NCBI RefSeq assembly: GCF_036321535.1
Contig: NC_087436.1
Span: forward strand, 28,274,001-28,338,000
Source: Camelus dromedarius
Taxonomy: Eukaryota
Reading direction: 5' to 3'
DNA length: 64,000 bases
The first letter of the stretch is position 1. Every line of letters begins with the position of its first letter. The translations under genes and the position numbers were made by a program. Of the stretch, positions 14,845 through 27,760 are shown in pieces. Below the pieces are notes generated by a model. It had not been told where the DNA came from, did no database searches, and saw only the letters and a list, made by a program, of their open reading frames with translations.

Positions 14845-15210
14845 GGTGGGTGGGAGAAAGGAGAATTGGATGAAGGTGTTCAAATGGTACAAACTTCCAG
14901 TCATAAGATAAATAAGTCCTCCCTAGGAACTTGTTGTACATTAAATGTACAACATGATTAATATAATTAACACTGCTCTATGCTATATATGAACATTGTT
15001 AAGAGAGTAAATCCTAAGAGTTCTCAACACAAGGAAAGATTTTATTTATTTTTCTTTTATTTCGTATTTCTATGAGATGATGGATATTCACTATATTTAT
15101 ACTAATAATCATTTCATGATGTGTCGAAGTCAAATCATTATGCTGTTCATGTTAAATTTATACAGTGCTATATGTCAATTATATCTCAATAAAACTGGAA
15201 AGAAAAAAGG
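14845..15210 (+). mobile_element. 5'-truncated L1 (L1MA/MB-like 3' UTR) with TSD
   Basis: ggtacaaacttccagtcataagataaataag...atatctcaataaaactggaa plus A-rich tail; 13-bp TSD aagtgttgatcaa at 14832-14844 and 15211-15223. Confidence 0.85.
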
Positions 15211-16726
15211 AAGTGTTGATCAAAGCTTAGTAGGTGCTGTTTGATTCAATTCCTTATAAAAAATATCTTTAGTAGGCCTAATAATTTGATAATGGAATTA
15301 AGTAAATTAGGTTGAATTTTGTAAGAAAGTTTTATAAGCTTGGCTAACTATCTCAAAGGTGACTCATACCATGTCTTATAATAACTATAGAGTCATAGAT
15401 TTATGACATTCTGTAGTTAGAATGTATGACCATCTTGAATGAAATTAAGGTTGATAGATCTTCAAAGTAATGGACAACAATTTTCTATTTATCAAATATT
15501 TATCACACACTATTAGTGTTTTCAAGGTTATGTGCTCTTCAGATATTTAGTATTGTTCCAAGAGTAATCTTATAATCATCAATACAATTTAGAACACCAG
15601 AATGAGAAAAAAATGTGCATTTTCATTTTGACTCTGCTGCTGATCAGCTTGGTTACAGTAAACAAGTCTGCCTATTTTCTGGGACAGTTTCTTCTCATGT
15701 AGAAGAAAGTTTGGAATGGATAATCTGTCCCCATTTTCCAGATCCAAAAATTTATTTTGCTGTAAGTATTTCTAAACATTAAGTAGGAGTTAAAATACTT
15801 TGTGTGAATTTTGACCAAAGATGAAGGAATAATTACTTTTCCTAGGTAGACAACCTTCCCTCATTAATTTATAGATTATTCTTTTTTTAAAAAAACTGAG
15901 TAAACAGTGAGTGATATCTTGAGATAAAGGCATCAATTAGATTGGCTCTGGGGCAAAATCCCCTTATAATCTTTATTTGAATATAAGATAAAAGTTTTTG
16001 TCATGTTCTCTTTCCTTCATGTGTAAATTCCATCCTCTTTAAAAGTATCAAAGATACTTGATATCTTTTCCATCCTGTTACAGATAAACAAAAAGGAGAT
16101 CTGATCCTAGTAAAGCTCTTTGAACCAATTTTCCTTTATTTTTTATCCTAGAGTAACACGTAATTTTAAACCCCAAATGACTAACAATGGTAGTGTTTGG
16201 TTTTAACATTTTTTTTTTTGTATTCTTATTTTAGTCCTGAGAAGCAGATTTCCTTTAGTCCTTAATAAGGTACTTTCAAAGTTAAAAAAAAAAAAAAAGA
16301 GTATAAATTCTCTTCACACAGTTATGGTATGTTATAAAGAGAATATCTCATATCTGGTCTCCATCCTTTGTTATATATTACCTCTTCTTTTTTTTTATGT
16401 AGTTTTTTTTTTAACATTTTTTATTGATTTATAATCATTTTACAATGTTGTGTCAAATTCCAGTGTTCAGCACAATTTTTCAGTTATTCATGGACATATA
16501 CACACTCATTGTCACATTTTTTTCTCTGTGAGTTATCATAACATTTTGTGTATATTTCCCTGTGCTATACAGTGTAGTCTGTTCTACAATTTTGAAATCC
16601 CAGTCTATCCCTTCCCACCCTCCACCCCCCTGGTAACCACAAGTCTGTATTCTCTGTCTGTGAGTCTATTTCTGTCCTTTATTTATGCTTTGTTTTTGTT
16701 TGTTTGTTTGTTTTTGTTTTTGTTTT

Positions 16727-19700
16727 TTATATTCCACATATGAGCGATCTCATATGGTATTTTTCTTTCTCTTTCTGGCTTACTTCACTTAGAATGACAT
16801 TCTCCAGGAGCATCCATGTTGCTGCAAATGGCATTATGTTGTCGGTTTTTATGGCTGAGTAGTATTCCATTGTATAAATATACCACCTCTTCTTTATCCA
16901 GTCACCTGTTGATGGACATTTAGGCTGTTTCCATGTTTTGGCTATTGTAAATAGTGCTGCTATGAACATTGGGGTGCAGGTGTCATCCTGAAGTAGATTT
17001 CCTTCTGGATACAAGCCCAGGAGTGGGATTCCTGGGTCATATGGTAATTCTATTCCTAGTCTTTTGAGGAATCTCCACACTGTTTTCCATAGTGGCTGCA
17101 CCAAACTGCATTACCACCAGCAGTGTAGGAGGGTTCCCCTTTCTCCACAGCCTCTCCAGCATTTGTCATTTGTGGATTTTTGAATGACGGCCATTCTGAC
17201 TGGTGTGAGGTGATACCTCATTGTAGTTTTGATTTGCATTTCTCTGATAATTAGTGATATGGAGCATTTTTTCATGTGCTTTTTGATCTTTGTATGTCTT
17301 CCTTGGAGAATTGCTTGTTTAGGTCTTCTGCCCATTTTTGGATTGGGTTGTTTATTTTTTTCTTATTGAGTCGTATGAGCTGCTTATATATTCTGGAGAT
17401 CAAGCCTTTGTCAGTTTCACTTGCAAAAATTTTCTCCCATTCCGTAGGTTTTCTTCTTCTTTTACTTCTGGTTTCCTTTGCTGTGCAGAAGCTTGTAAGT
17501 TTCATTAGGTCCCATTTGTTTATTCTTGCTTTTATTTCTTCTAGGAGAAAATTTTTGAAATGTATGTCAGATAATGTTTTGCCTATGTTTTCCTCTAGGA
17601 GGTTTATTGTATCTTGTCTTATGTTTAAGTCTTTAATCCATTTTGAGTTGATTTTTGTATATGGTGTAAGGGAGTGTTCTAGCTTCATTGTTTTACATGC
17701 TGCTGTCCAGTTTTCCCAACACCATTTGCTGAAGAGACTGTCTTTATTCCAATGTATATTCTTGCCTCCTTTGTCGAAGATGAGTTGACCAAAAGTTTGT
17801 GGGTTCATTTCTGGGCTCTCTATTCTGTTCCATTGGTCTATATGTCTGTTTTTGTACCAATACCATGCTGTCTTGATGACTGTAGCTCTATAGTATTGTC
17901 TGAAGTCTGGGAGAGTTATTCCTCCAGCCTCTTTCTTTCTCTTCAGTAATGCTTTGGCAATTCTAGGTCTTTGATGGTTCCATATGAATTTTATTATGAT
18001 TTGTTCTAGTTCTGTGAAATATGTCCTGGGTAATTGGATAGGGATTGCATTAAATCTGTAGATTGCCTTGGGCAGTGTGACCATTTTAACAATATTGATT
18101 CTTCCAATCCAAGAGCATGGAATATCTTTCCATTTTTTAAAGTCTTCTTTAATTTCCTTCATCAATGGTTTATAGTTTTCTGTGTATAATTCTTTCACCT
18201 CCTTGGTTAGATTTATTCCCAGATATTATTACTTTGGGTGCTATTTTAAAGGGGATTGTTTCTTTACTTTCTTCTTCTGTTGATTTATCGTTAGTGTAAA
18301 GAAATGCAACTGATTTTTGAACGTTAATTTTGTAACCTGCTACCTTGCTGAATTCTTCAATCAGCTCTAGTAGCTTTTGTGTGGACCTTTTAGGGTTTTC
18401 TATATATAGTAACATGTCATCAGCATATAATGATACTTTTACCTCTTCTTTTCCAATTTGGATCCCTTTTATTTCTTTCTCCTGCCTGACTGCTGTGGCT
18501 AGGACTTCCAGGACTATGTTGAATAGGAGTGGTGATAGTGGGCATCCTTGTCTTGTCCCAGATTTTAGTGGGAAGCTTTTGAGTTTTTCACCGTTGAGTA
18601 CTATGCTGGCTGTAGGTTTGTCATATATAGCTTTTATTATGTTGAGATATGTTCCCTCTATACCCACTTTGGCAAGAGTTTTTATCATAAATGGGTGTTG
18701 AATTTTATCAAATGCTTTTTCTGCATCGATTGAGATGACCATGTGGTTTTTGTCCTTTCTCTTGTTGATGTGATGTATTACACTGATTGATTTGCATATG
18801 TTGAACCAGCCTTGTGTCCCTGGGATGAACCCCACTTGGTCATGATGTATAATCTTTTTTATGTGTTGTTGGAGTCTATTTGCTAAAATTTTGGTGAGGA
18901 TTTTGGCGTCTATGTTCATCAGTGATATTGGCCTATAATTCTCTTTTTTTGTAGTGTCTTTGCCTGGTTTTGGTATCAGGGTGATGGTGGCTTCATAGAA
19001 TGAGTTTGGGAGTATTCCCTCCTTTTCAATCGTCTGGAAGAGTTTGAGAAGGACTGGTATGAGTTCTTCTTTGTATGTTTGGTAGAATTCCCCAGTGAAG
19101 CCGTCCGGTCCTGGACTTTTATTTGTAGGGAGGTTTTTAATTGCTATTTCTATTTCCTTTCTAGTGATCGGATTGTTCAAGTGTTCAGTTTCTTCTTGAT
19201 TCAGTTTTGGTGGACAGTATGTTTCCAGAAACTTGTCCATCTCCTCTAGGTTATCCAGTTTGGTTCCATATAGTTTTTCATAATATTCTCGTATGATATT
19301 CTGTATTTCTATTTTGTGTGTTGTAATTTCTCCATTTTCCTTTCTTATTTTGCTAATTTGTGCTCTCTCTTTTTTCTTCTTTGTGAGTTTGGCCAGAGGT
19401 TTGTCGATTTTATTTACTTTTTCAAAAAACCAGCTTTTGGTTTGGTTGATTTTTTCTATGGTCTTGTTAATCTCTATTGTATTTAATTCCTCTCTGATCT
19501 TTATTATTTCCTTCCTTCTGCTGCTTTTTGGGGCTTTTTGTTCTTCTTTTTCTAATTCATTCAGGTGGTGGGTTAAATTCTTTATTTGAGATTGTCTTCT
19601 TTTTTGAGGAAGGCCTGTATCGCTATAAACTTCCCTCTTAGCACTGCCTTTGCTGTGTCCCATAGGTTTTGAGTGGTTGTGCTTTCATTATCATTTGTCT

Positions 19701-20520
19701 CAAGGTATTTTTTAATTTCAGCTTTGATTTTCTCATTTGATCCATTGTTTTTTCAATAACATATTGTTAATCTCCATGCTTTCCTTTTTTTCTCCTTTGT
19801 TTCTCTGTTGTTGATTTCCAGTTTCATGGCATTGTGGTCAGTAAAGATGCTTGAGATAATTTCTATCTTCTTAAAATTGTTGAGGTTTCTTTTGTGCCCA
19901 AGTACATGATCGATCCTGGAAAATGTTCCATGTGCACTTGAAAAGAATGTATATCCTATTTTTGGGGGGTGTAATGCTCTGAAAATATCCACCAAATCTA
20001 GTTTTTCTATTGTAGTATTTAATTTCTCTGTTGCCTTGTTTATTTTCTGTCTGGAAGATCTGTCTAGTGATGTTAATGCAGTGTTAAAATCTCCAACTAT
20101 GATTGTATTCCCATCAATATCCCCCTTTATCTCTGTTAGTAATTCTTGTATGTACTTAGGTGCTCCTATATTGGGTGCATATATATTAACGAGTGTAATA
20201 TCCTCATCTTGTATCACTCCTTTAATCATTATAAAATATCCTTCTTTATCTTTCTTTATGGCCTTTGTTTTAAAGTCTATTTTGTCTGAAATCAGTACTG
20301 CAACACCTGCTTTTTTGGCTTTTCCATTTGCATGGAATATCCTTTTCCATCCTTTCACTCTCAATCTATATGTGTCCTTCTCCCTAAAGTGGGTCTCTTG
20401 TATGCAGCATATTGAAGGTTCTTGCTTTATTATCCAGTCTGCCACTCTGTGTCTTTTGACTGGAGCATTTAGTCCATTAACATTTACAGTAATTAATGAT
20501 AGATGTGTGTTTATTGCCAT
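16727..20520 (-). pseudogene. L1 ORF2p (endonuclease + reverse transcriptase), disrupted
   Basis: ORF pieces carry NVNGLN, IVGDFN, SRIDH, TDHN (endonuclease), [29 protein letters not shown] (RT) and the C-terminal Cys region; several frameshifts and an in-frame TAA at 17111-17113 (HCWW*). Confidence 0.95.
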
Positions 20521-20925
20521 TTTGAACTTATCTTTGCAGTTGAATTGGTATATCCTCTTTGTTCCTTTCTTCTTCCTTTTGTGGTTTGGTAATTTTCCTT
20601 TGTATTATCATGGATTTTATTTAATTTTTGTGACTCCTTTGTAAATTTTTGGCTTGTGGTTACCCTTTTTTGTAAATCTATCAACCCATTACTATAACTG
20701 TTTTTATTAAACTGATAGTAACATGATCTCAAACCCATCCTACTGTTAAAAAAAATTTAAAAAAGAAAGAAAAAAATATTCTATATTTCCCTGCCTCCCT
20801 CTCCCACTCTCAGTGATTTGTATGTCTTCTTTTATAATTTCATGTTTACTTTGTTTGTAATTCATGAGTTATCACCTTTCCAGTTGTGTGTTTCTCATTT
20901 CTGTAGCATCCTGCTGCTTTTCTAT

Positions 20926-21830
20926 TTAGAATAGCCCTTTCAGTATTTCTTTTAGCATGGGTTTAGTGTTGCTAAACTCCTGCAGCTTTTTTTTGTGTGT
21001 GAAACTCTTTATTTCTCCTTCTATCCTCAAGGATAGCCTTGCTGGATGAAGGATCCTAGGCTGCATCTTTTTTTCATTCAGGGCTTTGAATATATCTTGC
21101 CACTCCCTTCTGGCCTGTAGTGTTTGTGTAGAGAAATCAGCTGAGAGCCTTATGGGGGTTTTCCCTTGTAACTTACTCTGTGCTTTTCTCTTGCTGCCTT
21201 TAGAATCATTTCTTTATCCTTGACTCTGGCCATCTTGATTATGATATGTCTTGGTGTGGGTCTATTTGGGTTCTTCCTGTTTGGGACCCTCTGAGCTTCC
21301 TGTACTTGGATATCCGATTCCTTCTTTAAGTTTGGGAAGTTTTCAGTCATGATTTCTTCAAAAACCTTTTCAATCCCCTTTGATCTTTCTTCTCCTTCTG
21401 GGACCCCTATTATGCGAAGATTGGGACGCTTTATATTATCCCATAGGTCCCTTATGCTATTTTCATTATTTTTTATTTGCTTCTCTTGTAGTTCTTCTGA
21501 ATGGGTGTTTTCTATTGCCCTGTCTTCTAGATCACTAATTCGTTCCTCTGCATTATCTAGTCGGCTTTGCACAGCTATTAGATCATTCCTCATCTCTGTC
21601 AATGAGTTTACCCATTCTACTTGGCTCTTCTTTATAGCTTCAATTTCATTTTTGACATATTTTATATCTCTAAACACTATCTCTTTTAATTCCTTCAGCA
21701 ATTCGATCACTCCTTTTTTGAAATCTTGATCTAGTAGGCTATCGATGTCTATTTCGTTGATCTTTCTTTCAGGGGATTTCTCTTGTTCTTTTAATTGGGA
21801 AAGGTTTTTCTGCTTCTTCATCTTGCTCAT
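20926..21830 (-). pseudogene. L1 ORF1p, frameshifted near 21160
   Basis: Coiled coil, LWDNIKRPNLRIIGVPEGEE and PRHIIIK; the frame breaks at YKGKPP* and IRLSADF resumes in another frame; terminal LKGLF* with TAA at 20926-20928. Confidence 0.93.
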
Positions 21831-22299
21831 ACCTCTTTGGCACTGTGGTTTATGGAGTATCAGTTGTTTATTTTGGTCCTTAAGGATTTTATCTATCTGA
21901 TGCCTATTTAGGAATAGAACTTAGGAAAAAAAGAAAAAAAAATGAGAGAGAGAGAAAGAATTTTAAAAGAAGGGAGAAAGAGGGTTTGAAAACAGTGTAT
22001 AATGAATAATAGAAGAGTGAGTTGAAGCAGAGTATTAATCGGGTTGAGACGTCCTTTTGAAACCTTTACAAAAAAGGGCGGGGGGGGAGATGAATAGATG
22101 TATTTGAAACCTGTGTCTAATCAATAGCAGGACATCAAAACCCAAGAGAAATAGAAATGAATTAAGAAGTAAAGATTAAGAGAGTAATAGAAAATAGAAC
22201 AGGTAAAAACAGATTAAAAAAAGGGGGGGGGGGTGTCAGTGTTCTCCTGGAGTCTGTGTGCTTTTACTGTGAAGTCTTTCTGTCTTCGTCCTGTTTTGG

Positions 22300-23505
22300 A
22301 AGCTCAGCTTGCTGTTTTCAGAGGCCCTCCGTTGGCGCCCTCTTCTGTGCTGCTCCCAGCACCTGTCGGCAAGCAGATCGCGCCTCCTCCTAACACTGGG
22401 TCAGGTGCAGCTCTCCTCTGCTGTGGGCGGGCGGGTCGCTGCCCCTCCGGATGCCGCAGTCAGATGTTGCAGACTGGCCGGGTAGGAGGGCGGGTTGGGC
22501 CCCCTCCCAGCACCTCGGTCAGGGGTTGTGTTCCTGCCCGAAAGGCGGGGGGCCGCTCTCGCTCTACCTGCGCCGCCGCCGGTAGCTCCGCTGCTCTGTG
22601 CGGCTGCGCGCTCCGCCCTGGTCGGCGCTCCGCGGGTGGGCTCGGGGAAGACCGAGGGACAGCCCTGTCCCTGCTCCGAGCCAAAACCCAGCTCCTTGTT
22701 TGTCTTTGTGGAGCAAGTTCTCTGAGGGACCAGGATGGAAGGATCCTATCTGCCCCGGGCTGCAGGCCAGTCTCTGTCTGGCCTTTGAGGCTGCTAAGCC
22801 CTTTGGTGCGGATGCAGGTTTCGCCCCCGCCCCCGCCTGAGTGCTCAGCGCGGAGGATACGGCGGCTGTGCCTGAGCCCCGCCTCTCTTCCCCCGAAAAC
22901 TTTCAGCGGGTTTTCAGAGATGGGGGTGTGCACCCTTCCCCCGAGAGCACATCAACCTTGCTGTTTTATGGAGGGCCCAGGTTGTTCTTCCCTGTGCACC
23001 CACAGCCACGGCGCGCAGCCCCTTGCGTTCCCCCGGGGCTGCCTCCCTGCAGCCACTTCCGTCCTCCGCCCGGCTTGTGCAGCCCGGCCCTGCCCGCCGC
23101 TGCCGGCCCGCGTCTCAGGCTGGGTGTCGGGGGGACGCTCTGTGCCCGTTTAACTTAGTTCTGCTAGTCAAGGGCTGCTCTGTACAGATCCGAGCCTCGG
23201 AGGCTCCCCCTCCGTCCCGCTGGCCTCTCAGTTGGAGAGGGGAGACCCAGCGAGCGAGCGCCAGTCCTCCTTTGCCGCTCCCTCCCCGCGGGACCCGTCC
23301 CGCGCTGCTTTGCCCTTTGTTCTTTCTTTTTTCCTTTTCTCCTACCAGATTGTTGGCGTCTTTATCTTTTGAAGAGGGCGATGTTCTGTCGGAGTTCCAC
23401 AGGTGCTCTGGTTGGCTGAGTGGGTCTGTAGATGTGGGTCTTGGTGTATTTGTGGGAGAGGGTGACCTGCGAGCGTCCTTCTACTCCGCCATCTTCTCCG
23501 TCTTC
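22300..23505 (-). promoter_or_regulatory. L1 5' UTR CpG island / internal promoter with 5'-terminal YY1-type site
   Basis: Only CpG-dense stretch in the window; the element starts GAAGACGGAGAAGATGGCGG on the minus strand (ccgccatctt at about 23486-23495). Confidence 0.8.
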
Positions 23506-24039
23506 TATATTACCTCTTCTTAATCAGATAGCCTAAACCATAGTAGTTTTGCCAGTTCTAAATTGTCATAGATGAAGGAAATATTATCATGTGGTAAGGA
23601 AGTCCCTCAGCCTAACTGGGCAGGATTGTGCAAAGGCTTCCTGCCATATGCATGTAGGAAAAAAACCCCAAACCAAAAACATAGCCACTGCCCTCAAAGT
23701 GTTCACAGCAAAATCTGGGCTAATAGCACTAATATACTTTAAACAATCAGCAGAATAATGTAAGATTAAGTGCTAAATTATACGTACAAACTTTAAATAT
23801 TTCTGATTTTAGAAAAATCTCCAAATTCTATTTACATCCATATACTTAGTGTGATATTTGTACAGTTTAAGTGCATGCTCTCACATATTCAACAATCACA
23901 TTTAAATTACATAAAATTAAGTTTTAAAAAATCTTCAGTCACACTAGCTACATTTCATTTATCGCATGTGACTGATGGTTACCATACGGGACAATACTCC
24001 TCCCCCCAAAAGCCCAAACAACTTCCATTATTGCAGAAA

Positions 24040-24200
24040 GTTCTTTAGACTTGCTTAAGTAATTGAAAATAATTTGAGAAACTAGTAAAGATAATATGAT
24101 GAAATAATTGGGTATTAAATGAGATAATGTATGTAAAGTGCTTATTCCAGAGCTTATCATAAAGTGAATATATAAATATAACATATTGCTATTGTCATAA
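24040..24200 (+). mobile_element. MIR SINE fragment
   Basis: gtattaaatgagataatgtatgtaaagtgctta matches the MIR core/3' region. Confidence 0.6.
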
Positions 24201-27200
24201 TTACATACCAAGTAGTGTATAAGGTGAGTGATATATATTAGCCATATTAATAGTCATTATATTATTATATAGTAGAAAATTTGAAATACATTTTGAAGAT
24301 ATGCAAATTAGACTTGGAAAGACCACTTAGGCTAAATCCCAGGCACAGACTGGGGTGTGAACTTAGGTTTTCCTAAAATAGAAGCCTCTTGTCCCTTTCC
24401 CTGGATTATACAATCTCCTTAGATTACAAAGAATGAGCAAACACCATGCATCTGTCTTAGAAATAATAGAGGAAGAATAGACTATTGAGGATCTCATATC
24501 TGCCAGACCTTTCTTAGAAATTTAATCACTACTATACTCAAATGATGTAAATTTGATTTTCTCTAGTTTAAAGATTATTAAATTTAGACTCAAGAGATTG
24601 TGACTTCATAAACTGATACAACTAATTTTAACAACTGTCTCCAACAACACAGTCTGTTTTCTTTTTTTGACTCTTTTTTTTTTTTTATGGCTAATTATTT
24701 ATTTTTCGTTAAGGTCAAAAATTTTCTCATTTTGTCCAAATCTTTTCAAATATTTCATATTACTCTTGTGGTACTACTATGCCAAATAGTATAAACCAAA
24801 TTCACATTGTATGCATATGACAGAAATTAATTAGTTATATGTGAATATATGCATACATATATATAGATATAAATTTTGTGTATTTGAATGGAATATCAAC
24901 TAAGGCGATATGGTCAGCAATCATTTATTAAACAGAAGGAAGCACACAACACTTTACTCAAGCATTGTTTAGAGTTTCATAAACAAAGACAGGCTATTTG
25001 CATTGATGAGTATGAAATGTGCTAAGATGAACAAACACCAGACATAATTATTAAATGAGAGTGACAGGAAATAGATAAAAACTCCAGAATGTTCCTTGGA
25101 TGCAAATTAAAAAGAAAACAGACATATTCAGCTAAACAAAATGCAGATGAATATCTGTTACATTTTTAATTTTAGTAAGTTTATGTCAACATATTTCAAC
25201 ACTAGATGTCAATATTTTAAATTCACAGACCAGTGTTTGCTAAAAGCTACTTTTGTGATATTTTTATAACACTCATATCTTTTGCTAGAAAATATAATGG
25301 AACATGCAGTATTACCAAAAGTTAGTTATACAAATGTTAATTGTTTTATATTAAGTAATTGTATGTTTGGAATGCTTCCAAAGATGGGTATTTGACCACT
25401 AATATTGACCATAATTATACCAGAAAGTTGGTGTTTGAAGGTTGGCAAAGCTACTCTCAAAGAAGTTTTCGGGTAGGTAAGTCCTCCTCATTTTCCTTTA
25501 TCCTTTTGCTGAGCAGTTTGGGGAAAGGAGTATGTGTTTTTAGCTGCTCCATTCACTGCAAACTTTGCACCAACTTTGTGGGTAGGTCCTAACCTTCCAA
25601 CCTTACTCTGCTTTTAGCCTCTTTAACAATTCCTTCCCCAGTAATAAAACCTATGGTCAAATTTTTCCTTGCTTTGCGTTTTTGCTCTACATCTGCTATA
25701 GAATTTCTAGCCTTGTGACTTACACATATGAATAATTGGAAGAAAATTGCAAGTTTATTTATTGTGTTCAAGTTCCTGTGTCTAGCAGGTAAATTTCACA
25801 TTAAAGTGATTTTCTAAGTCAAAAAGGATATCTCTGGTGACACGTTTCAAATAGACCTTTCTTACAGCCATCGACATTATGAACAGAAATAGAAAGCTAA
25901 TGAAATTAATTGGCAAACCAGCAACTTAAATCCTGATGTACATAAACAAAGCTACTGCTAACATAGGAAAGTAGCAGTTTATTCTTCATTGTGATTCCGA
26001 CTTGTAGACAGAATTTCTATTGTATCTAGGCAATTAGTGACACATAAATGATTTTTTCTGTGTGTTTATAAAATATTTGTTATTTGTAGTTATTTCTGTT
26101 GAAAAAATATTTTCCCCCAGATAGCAAAACTGTTCAACCTTTAATCTTTTCAATGAAATAAATTTTTAGTTCATTGTCTTTTTCAAAAAAATCTTAAGAG
26201 TTTTACAGCTACTCTTGTCACTGACCAAAGTTTTATATCAGGACTAGACAAAGTGTCATATACAGATCTTTATTTCTCTTTCTCACATGTCTTTAGAATG
26301 GATAGGGAAGTTAGCCCTGGGTTCTATGAAGCCCTCTGCTGCATTAAAGAAAAAAAAATATTAAATGCCATTTATTAAGCATTTTAAAGAAATGGTTTTA
26401 TACAGAGTCATCTTGCTGCTTTGAAATAGTTCATTTAAATGGTTTCAAAAAGTTCACAGCTATTTCTAATGGCAAGAAAAGGAAATAGATAAATGGAAAC
26501 GGTAGAGGAAGAAGAGACTCCCATATCTTTCAAATATACAAATGCAGGCTGTAGATTTTGATGAATAGTTTTCTCAAAGTTTCAGTCCTGAAATTTTTCC
26601 CTCAGGAAAATTTTACTCCCTGCAATACCTTCCTTTCTTACATTTCTTGAAATATCTAGGTTTGTGAAAATTTACAACTGTGAGAATATTTACAAATGCC
26701 ACATACAGATATTCATATTAAATGAGCCAAAAATGAGTTATTGTAGTTAAAGCAGAGATACAAATAAAGCAAAGTAGAATGAAATGTTTTATGCATTTCC
26801 CCACTTAGAGCAAAGTGCTATTATATATAAATTTCTAGGCCTTCTTAATCTAATTTCATTTTATTATTAATTTTTTTTCATGAAGTATTCTAGTTACATG
26901 GTCACCATAAGTTTTGTGTGTTCCTCTTCCCAAATTCAACTTTTCTCAGTCAGCTGTCAGAATATCTTGGAAAACCATGTTAAAGTTTGGGTTACATTTG
27001 GCAGTCTTTTATTGAGCACTTGCTTTGCCAGACCTGTTCTAAATACAGATGAGAGAAGGATAATTAAGAACTGATTATGTTCTTGTTTCTCATGTTCTTG
27101 CAAGGAGGCAATCACAAATCATTTCAATGAAGTGTGATACGTATAATGACAAGGGGTAGGAAGGTACCCTTGGCCTAGCTTCAGATGACTATGGTAGAAC

Positions 27201-27224
27201 AGGACTCAGCCCTGGCTGTGAAAT

Positions 27225-27760
27225 CTCAAATGACTACAAACATGGCCACCGACAATTTCTCCCATCCATGTGGATATATCTTAGTATGTTATTCCTTCCA
27301 TCCAGACAGTGAGTGGGTTTCACATTGCTTTCAATGGGGGCTCATTCTGAGACTTGCTTTAATTAATGGAAGTGATACTTTGCTACTTTTAGGCCTAGTG
27401 CTTAAAAGCCATAGCAACTTCTGTTACCTTCTCCTAGAAGGCAGGCATCATAAAGAAGTCTAGGTACCTTTGGGAAAGGAGAGTTCTTGGAAAGAGAGAG
27501 GCCTCAGATGATAACTGACTAAGAAGTGGAGAGAGAGAAACCCTGCCATCCTCACTCATTTCAGTAATACCTGGTGAGGCAACAGCAACACCAGGGGATG
27601 CCATTCTGGATGCTCCAGCTCCAGGTGAATTGTCCCAGATGAAATAGAGAATGCATGAGCTGTGTTTCCCTGTGCAAGCTGCAGAATCACCATGAGCAAA
27701 TAATTTTGTTGTCATTTTAAGCAAGTAGTTTTTGTGATTGGTTATATACCAATCACAAGT
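27225..27760 (+). mobile_element. MaLR (MLT1-like) solo LTR
   Basis: catggccaccgacaatttctcccatcc...ctgcagaatcaccatgagcaaataattttgttgtcattttaagcaagtagttttt resembles MLT1. Confidence 0.7.

Larger units (their letters stand above)
16390..23505 (-). mobile_element. Full-length (about 7.1 kb) LINE-1, relatively young
   Basis: Perfect 16-bp TSD tatattacctcttctt at 16374-16389 and 23506-23521; empty site reads TT/AAGA on the minus strand (L1 endonuclease-like); CpG-rich 5' UTR, ORF1, ORF2, AATAAA (tttatt 16420-16425) and poly(A) tail all present. Confidence 0.97.

Noticed and set aside
17276..21729. Plus-strand ORFs of 65-202 aa within the L1
   Set aside because: Usual antisense frames of L1 ORF1/ORF2.
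22233..23523. Long plus-strand ORFs (306 and 166 aa) antisense to the L1 5' UTR, possible ORF0 analogue
   Set aside because: Non-ATG starts, low-complexity Pro/Arg/Gly/Ala products; GC-rich DNA lacks stops by chance.
25424..25482. Possible small exon ending in AG/gtaagt
   Set aside because: Weak acceptor without a pyrimidine tract, no recognisable peptide, no partner exons.
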